From: a virus
Taxonomy: Duplodnaviria > Caudoviricetes
DNA: 36,528 nt
Strand: one strand, 5' to 3'
IMG/VR virus record: IMGVR_UViG_3300032253_000018
Span: 1-36,528 of that record
Below the pieces are notes generated by a model. The model was not told the DNA's origin, searched no databases, and saw only the letters and a program-made list of their open reading frames with translations. Numbering within the stretch: the first letter of the stretch is position 1; every line of letters starts with the position of its first letter. Below, in pieces: positions 23,444-33,750 of this stretch. The translations under genes were made by a program, and so were the position numbers.

Positions 23444-24121
23444 TTACCTCCCGTAACTTGCAGCGGTTTGACCGACTGTATTATAGAACTGATTTCTTGC
23501 TTGAGCTTGACCAAGTATACCAGAGGCTCTTGCTTGCCCTTGCTGTTGTAGCAAGTTAGAAATATTATTTGTTGTATTCGCGCCAAACTGCGCGGTATTT
23601 TGTGTTGCTGTTTGGCCTGTCCCAGAAATACTTGCTAAGCGGTTAAATTGATTCCCGATATCTTGCTGAGCAAAGCCGGCGGCCTGCTCTTGTAAATCTG
23701 TTCGTACATTCCCGCCACCAATCCCACCTATTGCAGCGGCATTTTGAAGCAGGGCGCGTTGCTGTCGTTTACGGATAAATTGCTGTCCGGGTGATTCGAT
23801 AAAGTTATCAAAATAAGCTTGTTGTGCTTTTGGCCCCGCCGTTCCTGTTAAAGCTTCCTGTTGTGTTAGAGCGCTAGTTCCAGCCTCTCGGTAAGGTCTA
23901 AACTGCTCATTGGTGACATCGAATTGTCGGCGCTGTTCGTCTATAGCTCTATCGGATGCCTCGCTTTGGGTGTTTGCGGCTCCTTCGGCTGCTCTTGATG
24001 AGCTTCTACTTGATATATAGCTTGCAGCAACAATAGCGGCAGCCGTCCATCTAAATAGAAATAGCTCGCCATTCAGATTAAGCGTCTTAAGTATTAGTTT
24101 ATTAAAATTAAGTAAAATCAT
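23444..24121 (-). CDS. DNA ejection protein (gp7-like)
   Basis: A/G/Q-rich, PY..AG..AL, SPG.QF, AA..GG..GGN. Confidence 0.75.
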   Translation of the reverse strand: MILLNFNKLILKTLNLNGELFLFRWTAAAIVAASYISSRSSSRAAEGAANTQSEASDRAIDEQRRQFDVTNEQFRPYREAGTSALTQQEALTGTAGPKAQQAYFDNFIESPGQQFIRKRQQRALLQNAAAIGGIGGGNVRTDLQEQAAGFAQQDIGNQFNRLASISGTGQTATQNTAQFGANTTNNISNLLQQQGQARASGILGQAQARNQFYNTVGQTAASYGR

Positions 24122-24570
24122 AATATAGCCTTAGTATAGTTGCATTCTATCTGCCTGTAACCGAGTTTATTGAATAATTTCTCATTATTCATGTATATCT
24201 TACGGCTCATAAATACACGCTCTACGCCTTTCCTCTTAAACTCATCATCTGCAAAAGCAAACATATTCGTACCATTTCCGTTTCCTCTGCTTTCAGGGAG
24301 TAGGTAATAGTGAGAGACCATTGCAGTCTTAATGTGCTTATAAAAAATATCATTAATTACAAAAGCAATATGGAACCCGACTAACCTGTTTTCTCTTGCG
24401 GTTACAACCTGTAAAGCGTCACCCATTTGAATAAACTGATCGTGATCAACATTCGGTGTAGGCGCTTCTGGGTATATATCAACTTCCTTGAAAAAAGGAA
24501 CATAAATATTTTTAAGCTCTTCCACAATATCAGCGTATTTTTCTATTGAATAAATCACACTAAAATCCAT
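24118..24570 (-). CDS. GNAT-fold acetyltransferase-like protein
   Basis: YYLLPE.RG.G.G motif A, LF.KLGY. Confidence 0.8.
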   Translation of the reverse strand: MDFSVIYSIEKYADIVEELKNIYVPFFKEVDIYPEAPTPNVDHDQFIQMGDALQVVTARENRLVGFHIAFVINDIFYKHIKTAMVSHYYLLPESRGNGNGTNMFAFADDEFKRKGVERVFMSRKIYMNNEKLFNKLGYRQIECNYTKAIL

Positions 24571-24806
24571 CCTGTGTTACTTGTGCCGGTTTTCTTAACG
24601 TACAAAATTGATCCTGCTGTGCCTGCGGTATCCATATACAACTGAGTGGGAATAGCCTCTATTACGCCTTCTGGGCTACCTGAGCCACTTAAAACAGTAT
24701 TCAGGTTAATTTGCCTGACCATTTGACGCAAAAAATCAAAAGCTCTCGGTGTTAACGTGCCATTCTCTGACTGAAATAACTCGAAAGATGAAAAATTACT
24801 AATCAT
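24555..24806 (-). CDS. Small tail protein (tail-needle position)
   Basis: GSGSPEGV..A....LY.DT.G..G..LYVK..G...TGW; follows the gp10-like gene. Confidence 0.6.
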   Translation of the reverse strand: MISNFSSFELFQSENGTLTPRAFDFLRQMVRQINLNTVLSGSGSPEGVIEAIPTQLYMDTAGTAGSILYVKKTGTSNTGWILV

Positions 24807-26251
24807 TTAAACTTAGCCTCCATCTTAATAATCACAACTTTTACTGGGTCACTGATTGAAAACCTATAAATGCGGCTTCTATGGAATTGTCCCTCTCTAC
24901 GCCATATCTGTCGCTTTTTATATTCACCTTGCTTGCCTAGAGAGCGGGAGGTTTCATTGCCAAACGTAAAGCCTCCATCGTCGGAATAAGAGCGCGTGAC
25001 ATACGGCTCATCATCTGCACCCAACCCTACACCCGACTCACAAGTTAACTCAATTTCCGATACACGGACGCTTTCGCCCTCCCCATGAAAAGGGGCGGTT
25101 GATACAATACGTGTAATAGAGTCGCCATATTCGGTATAAGTATCTCGGCTCATTTCACCGACACGACCATCTTGATTATCAGTAACCAATGTTTTTCCGT
25201 AAGCCTGCATAATGCCATTTACTCGCCAAGATGTATCCCTACCGTAAACATCCTTTGATTTTCGTTCGTGCCACACGTTTTTACCAAGTGATACCGTTGC
25301 TTGTGCATCAAAAGTAAGAACACGGTCTTTAATGTGGACGTTTAGAAAAAAAGAACCATATTCACCATAAACAGTCGTGAAAATATCTTGCTGCTCAGCA
25401 TCCGTTAACCCTAAGATAATATTGTCAATAGCTGCTGTCGATAACTTCTGAGCTGATCCGCCAATAAATTTATATACTCCCGGCTGTTCATTCTTTCCTC
25501 CGCCAACAAAAACAAAGGATTCATCATACTCATTTAAGGAAAATTTAGCACTAACACCCTTAGGAATAACGCCCCCTTGTATTCTTTGAAAAGGGAAATC
25601 TGCGCCACCTATGTTAGCAAAAGGCTCTATTGTTTTTTCTCCACAGACATATAACTGACTGCGACTCACATGAATCCCAGTAATATTATCAGGGTCGGCT
25701 TCGGCTGTTGCAAAGTCTAGCGCACTATAAGCAGTACCATCTTTTAATGCGGACTTGAAGATAATAGGGCTAGTACTTGCGGTTGAGCTATTATTAAAAT
25801 GTATGAAAAACCCATCAACAAAAACGACTTGCTCTGATGGGCCTAAAGTTGTTGTGAAATCTGTATCTGTGATAGCAACAAGACCACCCGCCACAGTGTA
25901 AATATACGCGGTTGAGCTAGGGACAACAATACACATTTGAACACCGTTATCTGCTATCGATACTTTCGATGTTCCAGAGATAGCTCCTAAAGACGTGTCC
26001 GTACCATCTGAATTAATGCGGTATAAGGTGGTACCTACAATATTGTAGGCAATGCCGCCCATTGTATGACGGCCTCTTGATGGGGTATTCCCAACATCGG
26101 CAAATAAGCTAATACCCGGTGTTCCGATTAACTGAGCAGGAGATAATCCTGTCGTTTGAGGGACGCGAGGGATTAAATTAACGCACTCTTGGGCGGCTAT
26201 CGGCTTGGATGCGTCTTCGTAAAACCCTGTTGCTATTGGAAATTCAGGCAC
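24803..26251 (-). CDS. Tail hub / packaged-DNA stabilisation protein (P22 gp10-like)
   Basis: 482 aa beta-rich; L.GTPG, DGFF, ATAE.DPD, S.SDDGG.TF, LGK.GEY.KR..WRR.G. Confidence 0.85.
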   Translation of the reverse strand: MPEFPIATGFYEDASKPIAAQECVNLIPRVPQTTGLSPAQLIGTPGISLFADVGNTPSRGRHTMGGIAYNIVGTTLYRINSDGTDTSLGAISGTSKVSIADNGVQMCIVVPSSTAYIYTVAGGLVAITDTDFTTTLGPSEQVVFVDGFFIHFNNSSTASTSPIIFKSALKDGTAYSALDFATAEADPDNITGIHVSRSQLYVCGEKTIEPFANIGGADFPFQRIQGGVIPKGVSAKFSLNEYDESFVFVGGGKNEQPGVYKFIGGSAQKLSTAAIDNIILGLTDAEQQDIFTTVYGEYGSFFLNVHIKDRVLTFDAQATVSLGKNVWHERKSKDVYGRDTSWRVNGIMQAYGKTLVTDNQDGRVGEMSRDTYTEYGDSITRIVSTAPFHGEGESVRVSEIELTCESGVGLGADDEPYVTRSYSDDGGFTFGNETSRSLGKQGEYKKRQIWRREGQFHRSRIYRFSISDPVKVVIIKMEAKFK

Positions 26252-26688
26252 TAGAAGTTTTCACTCTTGTTTGTACCAAAGAAATTCTGGTCAAGTGTAT
26301 CTATATCACAATTCCCCGCACCGATTGGCAAAGAGTCAGGATATTCAACGTCTAATGGTTTTTGTGTGATAAGTAGAATTGTATTTAGTCCAGCATCAGC
26401 CGACAAAGCCAAAGCTTGAGATATTTGAACCTCATACTCTGGAGCGAGTACAACGGCCAGATTTGATTTAATGCCTTCCTCTGTTCCACGTGGAACCCGG
26501 ACATTATCAGAAGGGGAGGCGATAGGGGAAAACCCCATGACGACGAGGCCGGAATTTTCCCAACCTATTAGCATATCGTTAAGTACTTCTACACCATCGA
26601 GCATTTCCTGACCGGTTATATCCGAGTCAGCGCCTTTTACGCCTAACTTTCTTAGTGCGCTAGTGACTAATTGTTGTCCTGTTGCCAT
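26251..26688 (-). CDS. Head-tail adaptor (P22 gp4-like)
   Basis: T..QLV..ALRKLGV...D...LNDM...W...NLAV.LAPEY...P.GAGN. Confidence 0.85.
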   Translation of the reverse strand: MATGQQLVTSALRKLGVKGADSDITGQEMLDGVEVLNDMLIGWENSGLVVMGFSPIASPSDNVRVPRGTEEGIKSNLAVVLAPEYEVQISQALALSADAGLNTILLITQKPLDVEYPDSLPIGAGNCDIDTLDQNFFGTNKSENF

Positions 26689-27016
26689 TGAGTAACGCCT
26701 CTATTTTTACGAGCATGTCGGCTTTTTTCATCTTTTCGCCTAAAGTAAACCCGAAATGTGTATCAGCGTAATCAATTAGGTCGGCTTTCGTCATCTCGTC
26801 AAGGTTTAGAGCACCGTTTAAAGCGTCTTTAACCCCTTCGATCGATTCACCTAAAGCTTGAACGGCTGCCACATCATCGGGATCTACATCAAAGTCTGTT
26901 GTTTTCACAAAGTAACGAGGGGAGTCCTTCCATCCATCATCATAATAAGACTGCGCTTCTTTTGCTTCTACAATGATTGGCTCTTTTGTTTCGTGATACA
27001 CCCAAACTTTCGACAT
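26660..27016 (-). CDS. Hypothetical head-associated protein
   Basis: W.YH....P......GW.DSP; C-terminal MTKADL helical module. Confidence 0.75.
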   Translation of the reverse strand: MSKVWVYHETKEPIIVEAKEAQSYYDDGWKDSPRYFVKTTDFDVDPDDVAAVQALGESIEGVKDALNGALNLDEMTKADLIDYADTHFGFTLGEKMKKADMLVKIEALLNGNRTTISH

Positions 27017-27028
27017 AAATACTCCCGG

Positions 27029-27256
27029 TTATTCGCCTGAATTAATGGCGGCTCTAAGTGATGCGTTATCGGCTAGTAAAAGCGTCAATTGCGCGTTAAT
27101 GTTTGCAACATATTGTCCTAACTCGGCAACCGTTGGTACGGTACCATCAGCAATTGTTTGCGTGGTTGATGCGGTTGGCTCGTTCGCTGTCCAAGTGATA
27201 GCAATCGCTTCACCCGTGGCCGCATCAGCTGTTTCCATTCGTGTGTTAATACCCAT
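27029..27256 (-). CDS. Small capsid decoration/fibre-like protein
   Basis: Ala/Thr-rich 75 aa after the coat gene; GGAG RBS. Confidence 0.6.
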   Translation of the reverse strand: MGINTRMETADAATGEAIAITWTANEPTASTTQTIADGTVPTVAELGQYVANINAQLTLLLADNASLRAAINSGE

Positions 27257-27271
27257 AATAATCTCCAGTTA

Positions 27272-27289
27272 AGGGGGATTTCTCCCCCT
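27272..27289 (-). terminator. GAAA-tetraloop hairpin after the coat gene (weak terminator or mRNA stabiliser)
   Basis: AGGGGGA-GAAA-TCCCCCT; poor U tract. Confidence 0.5.
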
Positions 27290-27294
27290 ATAAA

Positions 27295-28533
27295 TTACTT
27301 AGTGACACGTACCGCGAAAGAACGGTTCTGCACAATGACATCAAACAAGATATCAAAACGATAACTCATTGTCATTGACGTACCAGTGAACCAGCGAGTC
27401 GCAGTCAGTGAGATGCCTTTAAAGTTCTCACGATGTTGGATAACACCAGCGCCCGGGTCAGCTACGTCTAATGGAACAAACGCCATAGTGATAGCATTTT
27501 TATGGAATGCCATATTTTGACGATATGAAGCTCCGCCAGTACCCGTTTTGACGGTAATTACAGCATCATCAGCAGGTGCAGCCGTTACAGTCTGGTATGG
27601 GCCAGAGGTGATAATAGGCGGTGCGATTGTGATTGTTGCTGGGCCAGTCGTTGCGCCAGAAGTCGCATCAGCAGTTACAGTGAAAGTTTGTAAGTCGCCT
27701 GTATCTTCGCGTGTTCTACGGTTTACAGAATTAACACCTGCAATTGTAATAACGTCACCAGCTAACAAAATATTAGTTGTGTCATTAGTCCAACCGTCCG
27801 TAATTAGCGTCTGAGTGTCCGTATCTTTAGCTGTGGCATACGTTACATTTTGAGTCGCACCATTAACTAAAGGCGTACCCGTTGCAACACCAACAGTATG
27901 GGACTTTAAGCTATTAGATTCAAAGTTATCAAACGATGCATAACGACCTAAAGAGGCTTCCTCGATTGCTGTTTTAGCCATACCCTGAACAAACACACCT
28001 TTAAGTCCATTTGCTAAGTTTAAAGCTGAACCAGAATCCCAGAACGCACATCGATCACCCATTGGAACACCAAGCTTACTTAACTCTGCTTTAGCGTTAC
28101 CAATATCCAAGAAAGTACTTGGAGTTGTTCCGGGTGTACCTACAAAGTTTGGTATTTCTGTGTAAGTTGCGGCAATAGCAGACTCAACTACCTGAGCTAA
28201 TTCTTCCATTGCTGGTTTAATATAGCGAGTATTAGCATCTTCGATTTTCAAAGCTAAATCTTCGTCTGTAATATCAAAACCTACATGCTGACGGTTATTG
28301 ATAGTGACAGGAACGATTGCCTCTTGAATATCTTCTGCTGAATAGGTTGCTGATGCGGTTGCCTCGAACATAACGGGGCGGCGAATAGATGCGCTTGCAC
28401 TTACTTTTGCACCAGAAAAGATTTTACTCTCGTCTAGCTGGCGATCTACTTTAGAACCCATGACCATAGCGTTAAGGAATTCCTTAACCGCGTATTTAGC
28501 TACGAGTGATGTGTTTTTAAAATCATTAGCCAT
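27295..28533 (-). CDS. Major capsid protein (P22 coat family)
   Basis: 412 aa after scaffold; YIKPAM.ELA, LLAGDVITIAGVNSVN..T..DTG.LQTF.V, AFHKNAI. Confidence 0.92.
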   Translation of the reverse strand: MANDFKNTSLVAKYAVKEFLNAMVMGSKVDRQLDESKIFSGAKVSASASIRRPVMFEATASATYSAEDIQEAIVPVTINNRQHVGFDITDEDLALKIEDANTRYIKPAMEELAQVVESAIAATYTEIPNFVGTPGTTPSTFLDIGNAKAELSKLGVPMGDRCAFWDSGSALNLANGLKGVFVQGMAKTAIEEASLGRYASFDNFESNSLKSHTVGVATGTPLVNGATQNVTYATAKDTDTQTLITDGWTNDTTNILLAGDVITIAGVNSVNRRTREDTGDLQTFTVTADATSGATTGPATITIAPPIITSGPYQTVTAAPADDAVITVKTGTGGASYRQNMAFHKNAITMAFVPLDVADPGAGVIQHRENFKGISLTATRWFTGTSMTMSYRFDILFDVIVQNRSFAVRVTK

Positions 28534-28558
28534 TTGTATCTCCTAGGCCAACTCTCTA

Positions 28559-29344
28559 CTACATGTTGTATATTTCATCCATTGACATGTCCTCTTGTGA
28601 CTTTGAAGGACTGCCGCCGGAACCAACCGGTACTATAGGCGCTGGCGCTGCACTTGTTTTAACAGTTTTCGTTGTGGCTGCTAATTGCGCTGAGATTTCA
28701 CCTAGCTTTAATGCGGCGGCGATTGGATTCGCTGCGGCTATTTCGTCTGCAACATCTAAATGCTTTCCTAAATAATAAGCTAATTGTGGCCCATTGTCGG
28801 ATTGCATAATAGCGTCAAGCGTATCAGGTGGTAATTGTGGAACTCCAGCAATAACCGTCTCATAGTCAGGCGCTTTCTCGGTAAACTTCGCAGCATTAGC
28901 ATGGAACTTTTCTTGCGTCTGCTTTGCTTTTACTTCCGCCTGTGATTGACTTTGTCGCGTCTGAATGTCTGCTGTTTGCTTGGAGACTTGTTGTTTCACC
29001 TTATACTCGACTAATGCAGCCATGTATGCGGTTTCATCAAAATCAAAATCTTCTAGCTTTGGTTCTGCCCCTTGCGGAGTTGGTACAGACGATTGCTCAT
29101 CAATCTTTTTCTGTAACTCATCGGCGCGGCGCTTCTCTGCGTATTTTTCAGCCGTTATTTTGTTGATTCTTTTTTGGACGTTATCATTGTCAGTTTCGAC
29201 AAAACCGCCCTCTTTTTCCTCAACCTCTGCGGGTGCTGTCTCCGCCTGCCCTTCCGTCTCTGTAGCTTCTGTTTGTTCAGTCGCTTCTTCGTCCAGTTGT
29301 GGCATGTTTGGATCAATTTGATCCTGTGCAGCTTGCTCGGTCAT
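28559..29344 (-). CDS. Scaffolding protein
   Basis: Acidic N-terminus, QKRI.K.T..K, P.LEDF..D..AY, GPQLAYYLGK, S.AP.PI. Confidence 0.85.
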   Translation of the reverse strand: MTEQAAQDQIDPNMPQLDEEATEQTEATETEGQAETAPAEVEEKEGGFVETDNDNVQKRINKITAEKYAEKRRADELQKKIDEQSSVPTPQGAEPKLEDFDFDETAYMAALVEYKVKQQVSKQTADIQTRQSQSQAEVKAKQTQEKFHANAAKFTEKAPDYETVIAGVPQLPPDTLDAIMQSDNGPQLAYYLGKHLDVADEIAAANPIAAALKLGEISAQLAATTKTVKTSAAPAPIVPVGSGGSPSKSQEDMSMDEIYNM

Positions 29345-29396
29345 ATCTATATCCTATCTACCGCTTGTTAAGGTAAGCGTGAACCATTTAAGTATC

Positions 29397-29425
29397 ATTA
29401 TAGTATTAAGTATTTATATTAGCAA
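29397..29425 (-). promoter_or_regulatory. Internal sigma70 promoter for scaffold/coat
   Basis: TTGCTA-N17-TATAAT between portal and scaffold. Confidence 0.65.
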
Positions 29426-31522
29426 TTATTGATTCAATAAATCCTCTGCTTGCTCGCTGTTGGGTTGGCCTTGTTGGGTAATGTCTTGAGAGTCTGCGAC
29501 AATATCACCTTGGGTTATTAACAATGCTCTTTGTTGGGCTGTTAGTGATATTCCTAGATCAACTTGCTTCTGGAAAGCACTTAGCAATTCATTATATGTA
29601 GTAACTGCTTCGCCTTGCGTTTTAACTAACGTCTCTTGTGTCTGCGCGTCCTGTTTTTCGATATCTGCTTTTAACTTCTCAGTCTGCATCAATACATTAT
29701 CTTTTAGGGCTTCATCACCTTCATTCGGTGGTTGAGGTTGATTTAACCCTAATTCTTCAATCTCTTCATCGGTTGGGTCAGCAATACCTTGAGTAATGGC
29801 GTATTTTCTTAATCGTTTCTCGAACTCTTCACCATCGACAATATTTAAGTTTTTAGCAATCAAGTCTGGTGTTAGTTGCTCAAACACTGGTGAAGCTTGC
29901 GCTAATTCAATTAATTGTTGTGCTGATTCATCTCGCTGAGTGCTAAAGGCGGGGCCAGTCTCAACGGCAACACTATAACGACCTTTAGACAAGTCGTTAA
30001 CAATCACAGGCTCTTGAGTTTCTTCGTCTATAATTGTTTCGTTTATTTCATTTACTTGCTCAGTATTGATTTCAACAGTATCGGATGCCCCATTAATCTC
30101 TAGTATCTGAATCATTTGAGGTGTATCGAATATCTTAGGGATTAAATCCATTAATATCTCGCCGGTAAATTCTAAAGACTTTTCGTGATTGCTCTGGTAG
30201 ATATAAGCGCCTATATCACCTTTCTCTGCCTGAGACTTAACAGATTTCTCACTTAGCAATTGAGGTGCATTCCCCATTGCTGGTGGGTACATGCTTGTTG
30301 TGGCGTGGACATCATCAACAGATTGACGCGCTATCTCTAATCCCGCTACTGATACAGAGGGTGCGCCGCTTCGGGCTGGTGGGCCTTGTACCACTGGGTC
30401 AGGATTATAGGTCATAAACGGTTGATTCTTACGTGCGAACGTCTTTCTTTCGTTCTCGTGCCCTGCACGCATCTTAAGGGTTTCCCAATAAGGATCTTTA
30501 GGTGTTAGAGCGTAAGTTTCGACATCAGTAGAACGTGCATAGTTATAAACACGGTTAGCATCCTTAGCAAAGCGTACAATGCCACGAGTAAACCGTTTAT
30601 TTTCAACAGTAATTTGCTCGCCATAATCAGGGACGAGGGGGATATATTTACCAGCCCAAGGTAGGGGGCCTTCTAACACTTCGGCTCCATTGAGCTTATA
30701 CATTTCAACCTTGAAAGTTTCGACGCTACGCTCATCCATAATTGTTATATTTTTAGCGGCCAACTCATCCAAAATGGCCTCATCATCTTCTTTGTATAGC
30801 GTTTTACCATCAGACATCAAAATTAACGTTTTAGTAACAGGTGTTTTAACCCAATACTCCACAAGCCTAACGTTATTATCACTAAACCAGCCCTGACAGT
30901 TACCTTGATAGTATTGGCTTGGTTTAAAGTCAGTAATAGCCGCTTTAGGGTATTTAGCCTTAAACGCTTCCTCAGCCATTGAGGTGACTAAGAATTGATA
31001 CATTGAGTCTCGGCCGTCATATTCAGTCGATTGAGGGTCGATATAGTGGGAGGTAGCGGCTGATTTAATAGGTTTTATGCAAATATCTTGGTCGAATGAA
31101 TCATCTTTGTATTCAGTTAGGACTCTCCACCCACCATAGCCACCAGCGACTTTTTCATCAAAGGAGTTGTCGTAAGCGTTATTTGCTTTGGACTTCTGCT
31201 CAATCTTACGGATTAATCCACTGAAAACTTTAGCCACCTTGTCATCTGAGCTAACCGATTCAGGGCTTATCTTGATATTACTTCTATTTTGCTTGTGGTC
31301 GCCTGTTATCTGTTTAATTGCGCCGATAACACGATTAAAAGTGTATCGAGGTCTATTCCCTCTACGCTCTATGTCGGATTCTGACCACTGACCATCCTCA
31401 GCGTGAGCAAATCTCATATCTTCTACAGCAAGCTTTCTTTGTTCTCTATCGAAGTCTTCACATAAAGCAAAGCGATCAATTGCCTCCTTTAGAATCTTTT
31501 CATTACCTGATAATTCAGCCAT
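29426..31522 (-). CDS. Portal protein (P22 gp1-like)
   Basis: 698 aa; D.RF....GQW, RP..T.N, GG.GGWRV, W.GKYIP.VP..G, GP.F.TQR. Confidence 0.92.
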   Translation of the reverse strand: MAELSGNEKILKEAIDRFALCEDFDREQRKLAVEDMRFAHAEDGQWSESDIERRGNRPRYTFNRVIGAIKQITGDHKQNRSNIKISPESVSSDDKVAKVFSGLIRKIEQKSKANNAYDNSFDEKVAGGYGGWRVLTEYKDDSFDQDICIKPIKSAATSHYIDPQSTEYDGRDSMYQFLVTSMAEEAFKAKYPKAAITDFKPSQYYQGNCQGWFSDNNVRLVEYWVKTPVTKTLILMSDGKTLYKEDDEAILDELAAKNITIMDERSVETFKVEMYKLNGAEVLEGPLPWAGKYIPLVPDYGEQITVENKRFTRGIVRFAKDANRVYNYARSTDVETYALTPKDPYWETLKMRAGHENERKTFARKNQPFMTYNPDPVVQGPPARSGAPSVSVAGLEIARQSVDDVHATTSMYPPAMGNAPQLLSEKSVKSQAEKGDIGAYIYQSNHEKSLEFTGEILMDLIPKIFDTPQMIQILEINGASDTVEINTEQVNEINETIIDEETQEPVIVNDLSKGRYSVAVETGPAFSTQRDESAQQLIELAQASPVFEQLTPDLIAKNLNIVDGEEFEKRLRKYAITQGIADPTDEEIEELGLNQPQPPNEGDEALKDNVLMQTEKLKADIEKQDAQTQETLVKTQGEAVTTYNELLSAFQKQVDLGISLTAQQRALLITQGDIVADSQDITQQGQPNSEQAEDLLNQ

Positions 31523-33000
31523 TAAAATTCACTCTCATAATCAATTTCCTCAACATTTGCGTATAGTGTAGCACTAATTAAGCTCATCATTAAACTATCC
31601 GCGAGGTTAGGCGAGGGTATTTTGTGTATACGTAGCATATCGTCTTTACTCATTATTTGAATTAATCCATTGCCGTTAGGTTTTTTAGGTATTCGACATA
31701 CTTCTGACCTGAGTTGGTCAATACAATCTATATCACTGGATAGGCTTATCATTGTGTCGGGGTCAACATACTCATTCTTAGTAACAGCTCGATAAGTATT
31801 GTAAAATCTATCTCTTAACCTCCAGTAGTATTGGGCGCGTTTATTCTTAAAGGTCTGTCTATTTGTCTTTGCGCTCGTTAGGGTCACTCTTTCGTCAGGT
31901 TGATATATCTCATCTGGGTTATCGGCTTTTTCAGAGCCTTTGAACATTTCAAAAGTAATATGCTTCCCTTCGAATGATTTTGATACTTGCCTTCTTAAGG
32001 TTACTCCAAGCCCGTCACAATCCCATGTAAAAACATCAGCTAGATTGTTAATAGCGTAATCAGTTGCCCAATCACAGCCCTCGTTAACGTCTCCAGTTTC
32101 CATTTCAAGCACATTAAGAATAACCGATCCATATCTATCAACTAAACCTTTGCTATCGCTGCCTAAGTCCGAGGGGTCATGTGACACCACCCTTTGACCG
32201 ATAGGCTCAAATCCTAGTTTAAGATGCGCATCAATCGAAGCGTTAAACCAATCAACTGGAATAATGGCATTCTCCACGGTGTCCGAATACTCGCCACCCC
32301 ACTTATGATCGTATTCTGATGTACTCATGTGCTCTAAATCATCAAGTCTTTCTACTTCTAAGCCTGACTCATGGAACCAAGGATTTTCATTATAATTAAC
32401 TTGAACAATCATAATCGCATCATCTTCATAGATGCCGTACTTTAATAAGTCTTTCTCTGCTCTAGCGAGGAACTTCTTAGCGATAGGGTCATTCGATGAT
32501 CCTCTATTCATTGTTATCCATATCTCAGGAGGGACAACTTCGCTTCCTGTCTCCCTTGCGGCTTGTGCGTCTTTTGCTGAGATTCGTATGGATGCGGTTA
32601 ATATCTTAATAGTTTGGGCGCTTAGTGACTCTCCCTCTTCTATCCAAAGGCCATGAGCATTAATACCTTTGAGGCTCGTTATGTTCCTTGCAAGCCCACG
32701 ATAAAAAGCCTTCCCACCGGTTATGTGGTTTATTTCTGTTTTTAGAGGGATAAAGCCTTGGAAGTTACACCGCTCTATCTCATCTATCAGCATAGAATGA
32801 ACTGAATCATCTATAGAGTTTTGGTATTCACGACTACAGCACCACCTCTGGCCTGCTGAGACTTTAGATAATACGTAGTCAGCTACAAAAGTAGATTTAG
32901 TTGATGCCCTACCTCCAACAAGCATTTTAATTCGCTTAGGAGTTGATATGAGGATGCCGAGCTTATCGACGCATTCAATCTTGAGTTTTAACGCCGACAA
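31522..33000 (-). CDS. terL: Terminase large subunit (PBSX-like)
   Basis: GGR.S.KS Walker A, REYQNSI.DS, WIEE Walker B, DPSD, SPNLADSLMM nuclease motif. Confidence 0.95.
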   Translation of the reverse strand: MSALKLKIECVDKLGILISTPKRIKMLVGGRASTKSTFVADYVLSKVSAGQRWCCSREYQNSIDDSVHSMLIDEIERCNFQGFIPLKTEINHITGGKAFYRGLARNITSLKGINAHGLWIEEGESLSAQTIKILTASIRISAKDAQAARETGSEVVPPEIWITMNRGSSNDPIAKKFLARAEKDLLKYGIYEDDAIMIVQVNYNENPWFHESGLEVERLDDLEHMSTSEYDHKWGGEYSDTVENAIIPVDWFNASIDAHLKLGFEPIGQRVVSHDPSDLGSDSKGLVDRYGSVILNVLEMETGDVNEGCDWATDYAINNLADVFTWDCDGLGVTLRRQVSKSFEGKHITFEMFKGSEKADNPDEIYQPDERVTLTSAKTNRQTFKNKRAQYYWRLRDRFYNTYRAVTKNEYVDPDTMISLSSDIDCIDQLRSEVCRIPKKPNGNGLIQIMSKDDMLRIHKIPSPNLADSLMMSLISATLYANVEEIDYESEF

Positions 33001-33424
33001 AGGTCACATCTGCCAATTGGACTGGGCCACCATTAGGGCCGGATAACTCGCTCTCTGTTTTATCCTTCCATCCAAAGTTATTTTTAAGGCTAAATATTGA
33101 ACCGGTTACTGCTGTCCCTGCGAGTCTTTGCTCCAGTGACATCTCTACTCTTTGCTTGGCTCTTTTTACAGTAACAAGAAATTCGTCCTTTTGTTCGTAA
33201 TTCCTAAAGGCTTCCGTAGTCATACCCAATGTATAAGCGATACCTGATATAGATGGGGTAATATCTTCAATGTCTTTTATTGCGAATAACTCATCCCCTG
33301 TTAGGTCTTTTAGTAATGCGCTTTCATCTAACTGGTTATCTTTGCAGACTAAAAAATACAAGTCTATAACAGATTGCATTTCTTCTGGTGTTTCGTACTT
33401 AAGGGGTCTACCTACTTTAGCCAT
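32975..33424 (-). CDS. terS: Terminase small subunit
   Basis: GRP.KY.TPEE....D.YF, P.ISG.A..LG, G.IF.LKNNFGWKDK; adjacent to terL. Confidence 0.9.
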   Translation of the reverse strand: MAKVGRPLKYETPEEMQSVIDLYFLVCKDNQLDESALLKDLTGDELFAIKDIEDITPSISGIAYTLGMTTEAFRNYEQKDEFLVTVKRAKQRVEMSLEQRLAGTAVTGSIFSLKNNFGWKDKTESELSGPNGGPVQLADVTFVGVKTQD

Positions 33425-33427
33425 AAA

Positions 33428-33700
33428 TCACCCTACTAACTTCAAGTAAGGCGGGTTACTGCGTACGGCCTCTAGTCGAACCTTAGTTTCGTCTCTCATC
33501 CAATATGAGTGCTTTCCATCATTCCAGCATGGAACTGGTTCCGATGATTTAATCATAACACCGTAAAACCCAATGTAATCAAGCTCTTCTCTTGTGTAAG
33601 TTATATCTTTTAGTGGAATACGAATAAAGCCGAGATTTAATCTACGATGCTCCGTAATCTTGTTAGGGCTGTGTATTGTGTGGGCGTACTCTATTTTCAT
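33428..33700 (-). CDS. Hypothetical protein
   Basis: 90-aa ORF before terS. Confidence 0.6.
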   Translation of the reverse strand: MKIEYAHTIHSPNKITEHRRLNLGFIRIPLKDITYTREELDYIGFYGVMIKSSEPVPCWNDGKHSYWMRDETKVRLEAVRSNPPYLKLVG

Positions 33701-33750
33701 TGTTTTCTGCTCTCTTATCTTTCTACCTGATATGCGTTATCAGTGGGCGT

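Noticed and set aside
29399-29405. Fifth operator site at the scaffold promoter
   Set aside because: Only one TATAGTA half-site; the other half does not match
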